A DNA stretch of 48,304 nucleotides, taken from IMG/VR virus record IMGVR_UViG_2563366867_000009; one strand, given 5' to 3'. Positions 10,701 through 19,781 of the stretch are shown here, in pieces. This stretch comes from a virus. Its lineage: Duplodnaviria; Heunggongvirae; Uroviricota; Caudoviricetes. The translations under genes were made by a program, and so were the position numbers. The notes below the pieces were generated by a model. That model was not told the origin of the DNA. It ran no database searches and saw only the letters and a list, made by a program, of their open reading frames with translations. The stretch's first letter is position 1; each line of letters begins with the position of its first letter.

Positions 10701-13700
10701 CTTTTGTTCCATATACAGAAGCCACCTTGTTAATTTCTATTCGTTTATCTGTTGCCTTCATGTGCACTGCCGACACCACCGGATCACCATTTTTATCCAC
10801 GGCATCAAGCAGCATCACAACCGCATTTCTTTCTGTCGCGGAACGGTAAATTGCATCCGGATCGTGCATCAGCTCAGGAAGTCTCTCGATAACATCCATT
10901 GGCACCACATGTTTCACTCCATTGGTTGCCTTCCGCACAGTGTCGCGGGAGATAACCAGCGGCAAATCTGGTGCGCCAAGGTGGCGCAATACCGGCGGCG
11001 TACGCCCGATGTTTGCAGTCATTGCACCAGAACGTAACGACTTCATCATTCTGGCAAGGTCATCACGATAACGCTCGCCCTCACCTTCCGGCACTTTGAA
11101 CGGATCAGGTTTACCACTACGGGGGTACTGAGACGATGCGCCCGCGCCATCCTCACGCGGCGTGTAACCTTCCCGCACACGCTGGCCTAACGTGCGAATA
11201 GTTTCGCGAACAAGTCTGATATCGTTCAGCTCTGTCGGCTTCAGTAACCCCGTGCGACGCAGTACCCCTTTGACCAGGGCAACAACACGCTCCCACGCCG
11301 CCACAAATTTATTCGGCTGTTTCTCCGCCATATGTGCCAGAAATTCACCCGCCTGCACTTCCGGTGATTCCTTACCATAAGACGCATCAACCTTACGCCA
11401 GGCTTCACGGATGGTGGCGTTATCACTGTCACGGGTTTTCAGCACGGTCTTAATAATCGTCTGATATTCCGCTGGCGTGACTACATGCTCCATTGCATGG
11501 TGGATAATCTCGTGACGCAGCTTCTCGCGAACGGTCCGCCCGTCAGGAATGTTATCCGCCACCAGGACAATTTCACGTTTATCCGGACGATAGAACGCAT
11601 GCACCCTGCCGTAACCGTCGAACGATTCACCCGCCAGCGCTTCAGCCTCTTTCTGTGACTTCACCACGCGGACCTTCAGGTCACTGTCCTTAATGCCACT
11701 CATCACGCCACGGGCAACCGCTTCAACCTGCGGGACCGGGCTGCCTTTGGCTTCCGCACTGCGGTTAACATCCGAAATGAGATTGCCTTCAGGTGTGCGG
11801 GTCACGCCCTTACGGGAATAAAACGCAACGCCCTTGTCCGTCTCACGGGTTTTCAGCGTACTGAACAGGTGATCGAATGCATCACGAATACCGCCATCCA
11901 GTTCCGCATTCGTCGGATAAGCCCAGGTGTTATCTGTGTTGTGCTCAGGTGCCTTACGGATATTGACCAGATAATCATTCTCCACGCCAGCCGTACGCGC
12001 TTTATCCTGAACATAACGCTCAAAGGCACGCGCCGCCATTTCAACATCCGTTGACCAGTACGGTTTTGAGCGCACCTCATCGAGAAGCGCTGAACGACGC
12101 GGCATGTCACTGCTGTTGATCGCTTTCATCACGCCTTTAAACGCGTCGTAAACCTCCTGACGTACCGGATATTCCGCATCAACATATCTGCCGTCTTTAA
12201 ATACGCGCCCGGCACGTTGTGCTTCCGTCATATAGTCGCCACCTGACGTGATCTTCCCGTCAGTGGAAACATCATAACGACCAAAATAATTATCCAGTGA
12301 ATGGAACCATTCGTGGGCCAGCGCCCCCGGTCCGTTACCTTTTGTCAGGTTGATTGCCACCTCACCCGGCTCATAGTGTGCCGCCGCCTTACCCTTACCA
12401 CGGGCACCAAAAGCAAGCCCAAGACGACCATTCAGGGAAAGCGCTTTTGTCGGAACGTTCAGCACGTCAGCCAGGTCATGCAGCGAGTCATAAGCCCGGT
12501 TCAAATCAGCCTGACGACGCGGACCTTCCACATAATTACCAAACTGCACACCACGGAAACCAAACGCATCACTGAACTGCTCCGGCGAAACATCCCCTTT
12601 GCGGCGTTCTGGTCCGGTGCGGTCGCGGTTAGTGGCGTTACGCTGCTCCTCACGCGAAATCTCCCGCATCTCCTTCACATGACGAACAAGCTCATCACGA
12701 TGTGAATCAATGTACTTACGCGCATCACTGGCTGACTTAAAACCACCTCTCACCCGCATTTTGTTTTTGCCGTAAGCGATAAAAATATCGCCACTACGGG
12801 TATTCCGGTAAACGTCAAAGCTGATTTTGTCATCTGGTGACGGTGCTGTTTTTTCATCACCTTTCGCCCGTGACTTTTCCTCCTGCTCTGCAAACCAGGC
12901 TTTCGCCTTTGTCAGTAATTCATCCCTGCTTTCCGAGAAAAAGAGGTTACTCCCCTTATTGTCCTTATTGCGCAGTGAATAAAGTTTCTGTGGCGGATCG
13001 TAACGCTTCCCTCCGGCCGCCTGATACACACCGGATACCACCCGATAAGCAGAAGCCTTGTCCATCTGTGAAGGTGGCAGCGTGCGTAACAGTTGCCAGG
13101 TATCCGCATAACGGGAAGGCATTCTTCCCTCCATCCACTCAGCAAGCCGTCCGGCAGTCACTTTTCCTTCCAGCATTCCCGCCACGCTTGTGCGGATGCT
13201 CTTTACACTCTCCACCCACTTCACCGCATTGAGTTTCGTTTTCGCGGGAATATCACTGCGGTACAGCGCAATCATTGCCAGTGTGTCAGCGTCGGCCCCT
13301 TCGTTCGCCAGTTTTGCATAGTCCGGTTTCGGGAACACTTTGCTCAGCGGCTGCGTGAAATAATCCCTGTCTTCCAGCGTTTTACCCAGTGTTTCGGCAA
13401 GCTGTGCATAACGGTGTTTTGCCGCGCCCTTAATCTCCTCGCCAAAGTCTTCAATTTTTGCACCACGCGCCTGCTGGTGAGTGCTCGGTTTATCTACCGG
13501 CACCGGCACCTCAGTATCCGGAACATCGGTTATGGTCTGGCGATTATCCCCGGTCTGTCTGCGCGCTTCTGCCTGCTGTGCCAGTTCCGGAAGGGAGTCA
13601 CGAACCATACGAGGGAGTGATTCAGGATGTGGCATATCAACCCCACGCTGTTCAGGTGCAGGAAGTCCTTCACGCACTGGTGCTGTGGCGTTCTGCTCAT

Positions 13701-16146
13701 CCGGTGATGGCAGACCACGACGAACCGGTTCGCCCTCCAGTATTTCCCCCTGGCGACCAGCGGCATTTTCCGGTGCCTGCGCACGTCCTTTCTGGAAACT
13801 CTGGCCCTTCACCTCACCGGTTGTGGTAAAACGACCACCACGTCCGGCCTGATTTTCATCCGGCGTACGCGCCACTTCTCCTGGTAACGGATATCCCTGT
13901 CCGGGATGAATATCGCCGGGAGCGGGAAGGCGTGGACGCTCAGTTAACTCCTGTGCTGTCGGACCGGCATCACCTTCAGCCATCTGTGAACGTACAAGCT
14001 CCTCTGCCGTCGGCGCGTTGCCACGGGCAAGGCGGGCCTGCACTTCTGTATCATCCCCCGTGAAACCACGGAATCGCGGGTCACGCATGAACGCGGGCTG
14101 CTCCATCGGTTCAGCATCAGCAATACGCTCTCCGTCAGCCAGGGTGTTAATGGTCTCCGTTGCCACATCTTCAGAGAACGCAGGATTATCCATTTCAACG
14201 GCATACTGATTCTCGCCTTTCTTCACTACGGACGGTTTCAGGCCGGTGGCGCTGGCATTGCGGAAAACGTCGCTCCCCAGAGCACTTTTTTCATCCGTGA
14301 AATAACGGTTGTCCGGACGCACCTTTTCAATGCGTTCTGCTGGTCTGGACGCACCACTCCCGTTAATTTCAATACGAACTTCATCCGGATCGCGGAACCG
14401 CACCGTCGGGTAAATACTCCCGTCGCCATCATCCGCATTTTCCGGCTGTGGCTGTGCCTCCGGTCTGGCCTCCTGCTGAGGGCGAAGCACATCACGGATA
14501 GCCTGTAACTGCTGCTCTTCAGTATCAGTACGCCCTTCCTTCAGGCTGAGTTTTCGGTATTCCTCAAGCAGTTCAGGGCGCGGCTTCGCCTTCAGCTCAT
14601 CCATCACCGCCTGTCGCTTCGCCTGTTCATCCAGTTCATTTAACAGCTGGCTGGCGGCTTCCCGGCGATGAACGGCAGACGTGTCTCCCTCAGGTGCCAT
14701 ATCCGCATCAGCATACTGTTCCAGAAGTTGCTCGCGATTCATGCCCTGCATGGATTCGCGATGCTGTGCCACCGGATCAGCCGGTTCGGGTTGCGGGGCT
14801 GCTTCACCCTGCTGTACGACTTCAGCCTCACGCATGGCGGTTTCTTCTGCGGCCTGACGTTTTCCACGATATCCGGCAACCGCACCGAACGGTGCGCCCA
14901 TCGCTGCACCAAGAGCGGCTCCTTCGATCGTTGCGTCAGCTACCCCCTCCCATGGTGATATATCCATTCCGGCAGTCTCACGCAACGTCATATTTTCCTG
15001 GTAACGCGAATAGCCGCCCTGCGCCGCATTAATCGTCCCCTGTTCCGTGGCATTTCTGACAATGCCGCTTTTAACGGTCTTCGCCGTGCCCCGCATCGCC
15101 AGATTAAACAACTGAGCATCGCCCAGTTTTGCCGCCATGGCATTCACAGCCAGCAATTCAGGATCGGTTGCCAGCTGCGCGCGCACCTCATCGGCAACAC
15201 GCTCTTTTGCCAGATCCATTTTCTGGCGATCAGTAAGCTGTGCGTGCTGCGGATCTGCATCAATTGACAAAAACGTCTGCTGAAATTTCGGGGACTTCGC
15301 CAGCTCAGAGTAATCCGCGTTAAGAACAGAGTCTGCTGCTGCCATTGCACTCTGCCCCTGTGCGCTGGCTGAGGAATGGGTGATCAGGCCTGCCTGGAAT
15401 AAATCCGGCATTTTTTTATCGACAGCTTCTGCTGCCAGTGCGGTAGCTCTTTCCGGCTGCATCCCTGCCGCAATGTATTTTTTCTCCAGCCCGGCGGTCA
15501 GCACTTTTCGCAGAGTGACTTCACCCAGCTTTTTAGTCACACCGCCTGCAACCATATCAGGTACAAGGGCACCAATCAGGTTTACGCCCTTCGCCACCCA
15601 GACCGCAGAATCATCATATCCTTCAGTCATCGGTGTATTCAGCGCCCGCTGCGCCCCCGGCGACATCTTGCCAGTCAGCCATTCATCCGAGGCTTTAGCG
15701 CCGCCACTGACTGCCTTGCCTGTGACCTTCAGACCTTTACCGACAGTATCAGTAACCGCATTTTTTCCATCAGGCAGAGTGTCGATGACCTCATCCGCCC
15801 CCTTGCTGCCACCGACAAAAATATCCTGAACAGTTGCGACTCCCGGCAGCCCCATACGGCTGAACTCATTTAAAATACGCGCCCCTGTTTTTACCGGGTT
15901 CTGAATCATCGCATCACCGAGTCCACGGGCCATTTCCCCTGCCCCCCGGACGGACTGGGCGACACCTTTCCCCATAGTTGGCAATACATCGCCCAGGCTG
16001 AACGACGTGCTGTTGTCCTTCCAGCGATTGGGATCGGAGAAAAACGCATCATAGCTGTCAGTCTCGCCCGGCAGCTGAATGTTCAGGCTGTTGCGGTTCT
16101 GGTTGCCAAATTGCGCTTCAGGGCGCTGTTCATCGGAATAAGCCAT
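7780..16146 (-). CDS. giant 2788-aa multidomain virion/ejection-type protein with two HExxH zincin-like motifs
   Basis: Single uninterrupted ORF; motifs LAHEWFHSL and LRHEIIHHAMEH; GGAG Shine-Dalgarno 5 nt before the ATG. Confidence 0.8.
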   Translation of the reverse strand: MAYSDEQRPEAQFGNQNRNSLNIQLPGETDSYDAFFSDPNRWKDNSTSFSLGDVLPTMGKGVAQSVRGAGEMARGLGDAMIQNPVKTGARILNEFSRMGLPGVATVQDIFVGGSKGADEVIDTLPDGKNAVTDTVGKGLKVTGKAVSGGAKASDEWLTGKMSPGAQRALNTPMTEGYDDSAVWVAKGVNLIGALVPDMVAGGVTKKLGEVTLRKVLTAGLEKKYIAAGMQPERATALAAEAVDKKMPDLFQAGLITHSSASAQGQSAMAAADSVLNADYSELAKSPKFQQTFLSIDADPQHAQLTDRQKMDLAKERVADEVRAQLATDPELLAVNAMAAKLGDAQLFNLAMRGTAKTVKSGIVRNATEQGTINAAQGGYSRYQENMTLRETAGMDISPWEGVADATIEGAALGAAMGAPFGAVAGYRGKRQAAEETAMREAEVVQQGEAAPQPEPADPVAQHRESMQGMNREQLLEQYADADMAPEGDTSAVHRREAASQLLNELDEQAKRQAVMDELKAKPRPELLEEYRKLSLKEGRTDTEEQQLQAIRDVLRPQQEARPEAQPQPENADDGDGSIYPTVRFRDPDEVRIEINGSGASRPAERIEKVRPDNRYFTDEKSALGSDVFRNASATGLKPSVVKKGENQYAVEMDNPAFSEDVATETINTLADGERIADAEPMEQPAFMRDPRFRGFTGDDTEVQARLARGNAPTAEELVRSQMAEGDAGPTAQELTERPRLPAPGDIHPGQGYPLPGEVARTPDENQAGRGGRFTTTGEVKGQSFQKGRAQAPENAAGRQGEILEGEPVRRGLPSPDEQNATAPVREGLPAPEQRGVDMPHPESLPRMVRDSLPELAQQAEARRQTGDNRQTITDVPDTEVPVPVDKPSTHQQARGAKIEDFGEEIKGAAKHRYAQLAETLGKTLEDRDYFTQPLSKVFPKPDYAKLANEGADADTLAMIALYRSDIPAKTKLNAVKWVESVKSIRTSVAGMLEGKVTAGRLAEWMEGRMPSRYADTWQLLRTLPPSQMDKASAYRVVSGVYQAAGGKRYDPPQKLYSLRNKDNKGSNLFFSESRDELLTKAKAWFAEQEEKSRAKGDEKTAPSPDDKISFDVYRNTRSGDIFIAYGKNKMRVRGGFKSASDARKYIDSHRDELVRHVKEMREISREEQRNATNRDRTGPERRKGDVSPEQFSDAFGFRGVQFGNYVEGPRRQADLNRAYDSLHDLADVLNVPTKALSLNGRLGLAFGARGKGKAAAHYEPGEVAINLTKGNGPGALAHEWFHSLDNYFGRYDVSTDGKITSGGDYMTEAQRAGRVFKDGRYVDAEYPVRQEVYDAFKGVMKAINSSDMPRRSALLDEVRSKPYWSTDVEMAARAFERYVQDKARTAGVENDYLVNIRKAPEHNTDNTWAYPTNAELDGGIRDAFDHLFSTLKTRETDKGVAFYSRKGVTRTPEGNLISDVNRSAEAKGSPVPQVEAVARGVMSGIKDSDLKVRVVKSQKEAEALAGESFDGYGRVHAFYRPDKREIVLVADNIPDGRTVREKLRHEIIHHAMEHVVTPAEYQTIIKTVLKTRDSDNATIREAWRKVDASYGKESPEVQAGEFLAHMAEKQPNKFVAAWERVVALVKGVLRRTGLLKPTELNDIRLVRETIRTLGQRVREGYTPREDGAGASSQYPRSGKPDPFKVPEGEGERYRDDLARMMKSLRSGAMTANIGRTPPVLRHLGAPDLPLVISRDTVRKATNGVKHVVPMDVIERLPELMHDPDAIYRSATERNAVVMLLDAVDKNGDPVVSAVHMKATDKRIEINKVASVYGTKGGMNKANSLDKAGLTLYRKEKLSRDNPQYSGLQLPKEERSYRGSVDKILYPEDIRKGPYYSRTSSLTPEETIASRFVRQMQDKFQVLKAVQENIRKTGGKIDDSNNAYMAEELFHGKAENDLNVMKERYVQPLAKLLADYKIAQADLDEYLYARHAPERNAHIAKINPKMPDGGSGMTNAEAAEIMQRVRNSGKQAQYDRLAGIIDDMLARRRELIREAGLEESGVVDAWQNAYRYYVPLKGQDIDGVVSLPRTGKGFTIGGRESRQAMGRASRAQSPSTQAIQDLSESLIRNRKNEVGNAFLKLVQDNPDKDYWQVFTDDKPDTMRAIAERVDPETGETRREVVERPVPMAMMADRYFTTKKDGKTYYIKLHDPRLMRAMKNMGPETSNAVIRTLGKVNRFLATVNTSYNPEFLVSNFIRDVQTAVMNLKAEQGRSDGKLKGLDNLSALAVVKDSRSAMSAVYASLRGKTLTGNGAQWQKVWKEFVEDGGKTGWFNMGDLEGQQKEMDRLVSLAKGGWKGQSIGAWNSFLNLVEDANGAVENALRLSAYKHARDAGLSRQQAASLAKNMTVNFNRRGEQGALMNSLYMFANASIQGTANLVRTLGHLNGDGPLPERLRWKNLNVPQKIALAAVGAGYLLGSLNRSVAGEDDDGVNWYDKVPSHVKERNLVIMKSVFGGKAGEYWSIPLPYGYNVFFLLGHTAEGVAAGDLTASRAAGNVVGGILGAFSPVGSETSETLSGALLKNAAPTILRPFANLAMNENFMGAQIYQENMPFGTPKPDSQLGRRSTPEAYKAFASWLNAFSGGSQYRPGAVDITPESLKFWIDYISGGTGRFISKTTDAAVKSLNGIDIPEQQVPFLGKISGEVMPYADQQKMYDRMTEVAQYHAELKSLTGAERTAFIDENNGKLSMNGLMQDTRKRLKDLRKQRDAIYADSTLSLAQQAAMVKSVERDMKIAVDRFNREYNKKVGVD

Positions 16147-16157
16147 ACAGACTCCAT

Positions 16158-16182
16158 AAAAAAACCCGGCACAATGACCGGG
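16158..16182 (-). terminator. intrinsic terminator
   Basis: CCCGG/CCGGG stem followed by U7 on the minus strand, directly upstream of the giant gene start. Confidence 0.5.
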
Positions 16183-16214
16183 TATCAGGAAATAGTATTA
16201 ACGGGAATGGTGAA

Positions 16215-17480
16215 TTACTGCGCGTAATTCTGTTTCAGACCACGGATAAACTCAGATGCAGAGGCCGCACTATCATCTCTGGCCTGTTCCCCCCTGGCCT
16301 TTTGAATACGGAGAAAATTCGCATACCCGTTCTCCAGCAATTTCTGATTCTGAGGCTCCAGCATTTCTGGCTGACGGGAAGCAACTTCTCTGGCGAATGC
16401 CTGCTTATCCGGATCATCACCCGCCCAACTGGTAATCCCTTGTTGAATTTTTTGCTGCTGAATTTTCTGCTGATGTTGCGGTGAACCAGTTGCAGCATAA
16501 TATTCATCCACCGCAGCCTGTGCATTACCGCCATTCTTGATCGCGTCCGCCGCTACGTTGCTGGCCCCCTTCTGAAGCTCTTTCAGAGAAAGTCCCTGCT
16601 GCTTCGGCATAAAATAACCATAATTTTTCGATATCTCTGCAAATTTGCTGCGATCCCTGACCTGAGCGATAGCCTTATCAACGGGTATCGCCAGCACGGT
16701 TTGATCATCAGGGTGCGCACTGCCGTATTCTGTTACAGGTTTATGCGCGGTGGAGCCATCGCTGTATGTGAGATCAAGGCCAATAAGTACGTACCCTTCC
16801 TGCTGCGCCGGTACGATACTGCCAATCCTGGCCCCTTTTATCGTTTTTTCCCCGGTTGAATCAGGCATGCCAATACGCTGTTGTAGTTCCGGGGCAAACA
16901 CGCCGGAAAGCACATCGAGATTTTCCGGGGTATTGAGTGAAGCGATCGCCCTGTCCGGCTTGTCATCAAAGATTTTTTGCAGGTTGTTCACGGCCTGACC
17001 CGCTTTCGCTACATAGCCATCATTCGCCATCAGCCTCAGCGGATTACCCTCTGACAACTGGCCGTAAAGACGCATTGCTGCATCCCGATCGCCAGCATCC
17101 ACAGCCTTTCCAAGCGCCGCCATCACAGGCTGATCGCGCGCCAGCATATCGTTATACTCAAGCCGTCGCTGGTTGTATTTCTGCATCCGGAGTCGCTGCT
17201 GCTCCATACCCAGCGACGCATTCCGGTAATTCTGGTTGGCGTTAAACTCCCTTTCCTGCAGTGCATAATTACGGTCGTCGACTTTGGCTCTGTAATCAAA
17301 GTTCCGCTGATCAACGTCTTTATTATGTTCAAACTGCGACTGTGCAAATTCAAAATCGCGCTCGTTATTTTTCTGTTGTTGAGCAAGCTGTGCTTCTCGC
17401 AAACCAAGTTCCTTACGACGGGTCATTGCCTGGTCAACCGTGCTGAATCCGGCAAGTAAACCCTGTGCAAATCCGCTCAT
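16215..17480 (-). CDS. hypothetical phage structural/ejection protein (421 aa)
   Basis: Long ORF, tightly packed in the minus-strand operon. Confidence 0.7.
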   Translation of the reverse strand: MSGFAQGLLAGFSTVDQAMTRRKELGLREAQLAQQQKNNERDFEFAQSQFEHNKDVDQRNFDYRAKVDDRNYALQEREFNANQNYRNASLGMEQQRLRMQKYNQRRLEYNDMLARDQPVMAALGKAVDAGDRDAAMRLYGQLSEGNPLRLMANDGYVAKAGQAVNNLQKIFDDKPDRAIASLNTPENLDVLSGVFAPELQQRIGMPDSTGEKTIKGARIGSIVPAQQEGYVLIGLDLTYSDGSTAHKPVTEYGSAHPDDQTVLAIPVDKAIAQVRDRSKFAEISKNYGYFMPKQQGLSLKELQKGASNVAADAIKNGGNAQAAVDEYYAATGSPQHQQKIQQQKIQQGITSWAGDDPDKQAFAREVASRQPEMLEPQNQKLLENGYANFLRIQKARGEQARDDSAASASEFIRGLKQNYAQ

Positions 17481-17490
17481 TCACCACTCC

Positions 17491-17742
17491 TTAAAACAAA
17501 GAACCAGCAATACCACCTATGACAGCACCAATAGCCGCACCGGGGAGACCACCAACAGCAGCGCCCATAGCTGCACCCGTACCAATTCCCGTGCCGATAT
17601 TCTGTTTGTTCTGCGCTTTCTGTTGCGCCGCCATCTGTTTGTTCGCGGCCTCAATTTCTTCACGTCGTCTGTCGGCATCACTTATTCCCTGTAATGCCTC
17701 ACGCCGCGACTGATTCGCAATATCCAGTAAACCGTATCCCAT
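17491..17742 (-). CDS. glycine-zipper membrane protein (83 aa)
   Basis: N-terminal charged coiled-coil region then GTGIGTGAAMGAAVGGLPGAAIGAVIGGIAGSLF. Confidence 0.6.
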   Translation of the reverse strand: MGYGLLDIANQSRREALQGISDADRRREEIEAANKQMAAQQKAQNKQNIGTGIGTGAAMGAAVGGLPGAAIGAVIGGIAGSLF

Positions 17743-17751
17743 ATTGCCCCC

Positions 17752-18198
17752 TTACGCTGACACCAGTTTTCCGCCAACACTCAGTTGTTGTCTTGCAGGT
17801 GCAGAAGCCCCCGTCAGTATGTTCATCTGGCGATCCTGCTCTGCTTCACGGATACCATTTTTCGCGCCAGCAATTGCCAGAGCATTACGCAAACCCAGTG
17901 TGTTACTGTTGGGATTATCCGGGCGGCTTACCCCGTATCTCGCCATCTGGTTATCCTGCGCCATCTGCGCTGTACGGAGACTGGAAGTGGCAAGGCCGCC
18001 CACCCGGGCAAGCTGCGCATTCATCAGGCTGTTGTTCTCGCCAAGGTCAGCCAGCCTTGCCACGCGGGGCAAATATCTGGTTCGCCAGTCGTCGTATTGT
18101 TGGCGTGTCAGCGCTGCTGACGTCTGCCAGTCACCCTGTGGGCGGGCTGCGCCTGAATAACCAGCCCTTGCGAGAGTTTCGTATTTGCCATACTCCAT
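17752..18198 (-). CDS. hypothetical phage protein (148 aa)
   Basis: ORF with tight spacing in operon. Confidence 0.6.
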   Translation of the reverse strand: MEYGKYETLARAGYSGAARPQGDWQTSAALTRQQYDDWRTRYLPRVARLADLGENNSLMNAQLARVGGLATSSLRTAQMAQDNQMARYGVSRPDNPNSNTLGLRNALAIAGAKNGIREAEQDRQMNILTGASAPARQQLSVGGKLVSA

Positions 18199-18200
18199 AA

Positions 18201-18857
18201 TTACAGTCTCCAGTTCTGAGCCTGATGCTGAATAGCATTAGCGCCGGTGCCTGGCGTTTTAGCGCCGCCACCACCTCCGTTACCGCCAGCCTTATGCATC
18301 GCGTACGCACCTACAGCTCCCAGACCAGCGCCAACAAGAGAAGCTCGCCCCTGTTGTTTCGTAAACGCCGCCTGTGCATCCGATTTGGCTTTTGCCAGAC
18401 TGCTGTCAGCCAGGGAGTTAAAACTCTGTAACGCATCTGCCTTCTGACCGGAACCGAGAGCCGCAACATCCTGTAGCCCGGCAATATATTTATCTGCCTG
18501 CGATACCTGCCCCCGTGTGGTCGTGTCAATCTGCCCGATCACCTGGTCGCTTTGATTTGCATCCATTACTGCATTAAAACGACCACTGGATGGGTCAACG
18601 CCGGACTGAGCAAGATTACCCGCCAGCTCCCTTCGCGCTTCACCAAACTGTTTCTGATACCCAAGATTTGTTGTGCCTGCGATATTTTCGTACTGCTGCT
18701 CACTGTTAAGGTCATCGACCTTTTTCATGAAGTTATCTTCTGCCGGACGGAGAATATTTTTGTAATCCTGCCACCCTTTCCAGGCCACCTCTTCCTGTGC
18801 TATTTGCGCTGCTGTTGGTTTTACTTTGGTATCACCACCACCTTTACTTCCGCCCAT
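18201..18857 (-). CDS. hypothetical phage protein, Gly-rich termini (218 aa)
   Basis: ORF preceded by GAGGAG Shine-Dalgarno. Confidence 0.65.
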   Translation of the reverse strand: MGGSKGGGDTKVKPTAAQIAQEEVAWKGWQDYKNILRPAEDNFMKKVDDLNSEQQYENIAGTTNLGYQKQFGEARRELAGNLAQSGVDPSSGRFNAVMDANQSDQVIGQIDTTTRGQVSQADKYIAGLQDVAALGSGQKADALQSFNSLADSSLAKAKSDAQAAFTKQQGRASLVGAGLGAVGAYAMHKAGGNGGGGGAKTPGTGANAIQHQAQNWRL

Positions 18858-18875
18858 AATGGCTCCTCAGATAAC

Positions 18876-18897
18876 AAAAAACCCTGCCGGAGCAGGG
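18876..18897 (-). terminator. intrinsic terminator
   Basis: CCCTGC/GCAGGG stem followed by U6 on the minus strand. Confidence 0.5.
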
Positions 18898-18950
18898 TCA
18901 GAATGTGAATTGCAATGTGGGTTTACGCTCGATGATGAATACAGTGGCAG

Positions 18951-19352
18951 TCAGACTGCTATCCTGAACACCATGAAGCCATCCTCATCATCCGGCATTC
19001 GCTCAAAGCCCAGACGTTTTCCCAGCCGGATAAATCCTCGTCTTGCCGTATGAAATTCGGCCCAGCGTCCGCCAGCCAGGCGGGTTAATGTCTTCACCTC
19101 CGGCAGATAACGCTCAACACTCTTACTCCCCGTACACACGCCCAGTAACACCAGAACATAAGGGATACCATCGTCACTGAGCACAGAACGCAGCACCAGA
19201 AAACCATCCGGTGCCTCAAAGCAAAACGCCTGCTTTTTAAGGCCGGCGTCTTTAACTTCATTCATAAATTCAGGGTTGCGGGAATTTCTCACAACACGCT
19301 GCATATACCGGAGAATTGTGTCGTCCATTCTCTCACCAGAAACGGGTGCCAT
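18951..19352 (-). CDS. hypothetical protein (133 aa), moron-like
   Basis: ORF bracketed by terminators, next to the hok-like gene. Confidence 0.55.
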   Translation of the reverse strand: MAPVSGERMDDTILRYMQRVVRNSRNPEFMNEVKDAGLKKQAFCFEAPDGFLVLRSVLSDDGIPYVLVLLGVCTGSKSVERYLPEVKTLTRLAGGRWAEFHTARRGFIRLGKRLGFERMPDDEDGFMVFRIAV

Positions 19353-19409
19353 ATCGGCTGAACCTCAGCAACCAGTTGACGGGGACTTTCGTCCCCGTCG
19401 CGGTTTTCC

Positions 19410-19550
19410 TACTGCTTACACTGTAAGAACGCCGCAAACTCCGCTCCCCACAAATTCAGCCGGAACTCACACAACGAGCCGTGTAACATCCAGATGGTGA
19501 AGATTACCGTCATACAAATTGTGACGGTGATGAGCGATTTTTGCGACATA
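19410..19550 (-). CDS. hok: Hok/Gef-family type I toxin, 46 aa (MSQKSLITVTICMTVIFTIWMLHGSLCEFRLNLWGAEFAAFLQCKQ); below ORF-track threshold
   Basis: Hok hallmarks: N-terminal TM helix, SLCE motif, AAFL near C-terminus; AGGAGG Shine-Dalgarno 8 nt upstream of ATG. Confidence 0.7.
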
Positions 19551-19554
19551 GCGC

Positions 19555-19651
19555 TTGCCTCCTGAGTGGAGAGGCGCTAACCTTCTACTTGCTTAAGGTA
19601 TGATGGTTAGGGCCTCGGGTTAAACAAAATGTTTGACTCGGGGCCTTTCCA
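19555..19651 (+). ncRNA. candidate Sok-like antisense RNA region ending in a long stem-loop
   Basis: 16-bp stem with three G-U pairs (stable only in the plus-strand RNA) followed by UUUCC, antisense to the hok leader and SD; promoter not identified. Confidence 0.25.
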
Positions 19652-19734
19652 CATCAGGCCTTCAGGTTCTCCCTCCAGCCATCAGCCGAAAGGCACCCGC
19701 GCATAATCTACGATTTTTGCCCTGCACGGGCAAC

Positions 19735-19759
19735 AAAAAACCCGCCATCACAGCGGGTT
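19735..19759 (-). terminator. intrinsic terminator downstream of lom
   Basis: CCCGC/GCGGG stem followed by U-run on the minus strand. Confidence 0.55.
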
Positions 19760-19781
19760 ATGACATGTTGTCGGGTATTAC

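Noticed and set aside
8408..15829. Numerous plus-strand ORFs of 60 to 185 aa inside the giant gene
   Set aside because: All are antisense to one uninterrupted 2788-aa frame, typical of stop-poor GC-rich sequence, with no ribosome-binding sites.
18951..19352. GNAT acetyltransferase assignment for the 133-aa protein
   Set aside because: Only a loose resemblance to the acetyl-CoA binding motif; not enough to support a call without a profile search.
19551..19740. mok-like reading frame overlapping hok
   Set aside because: All three frames close within about 50 nt upstream of the hok ATG and contain no start codon reading through it.
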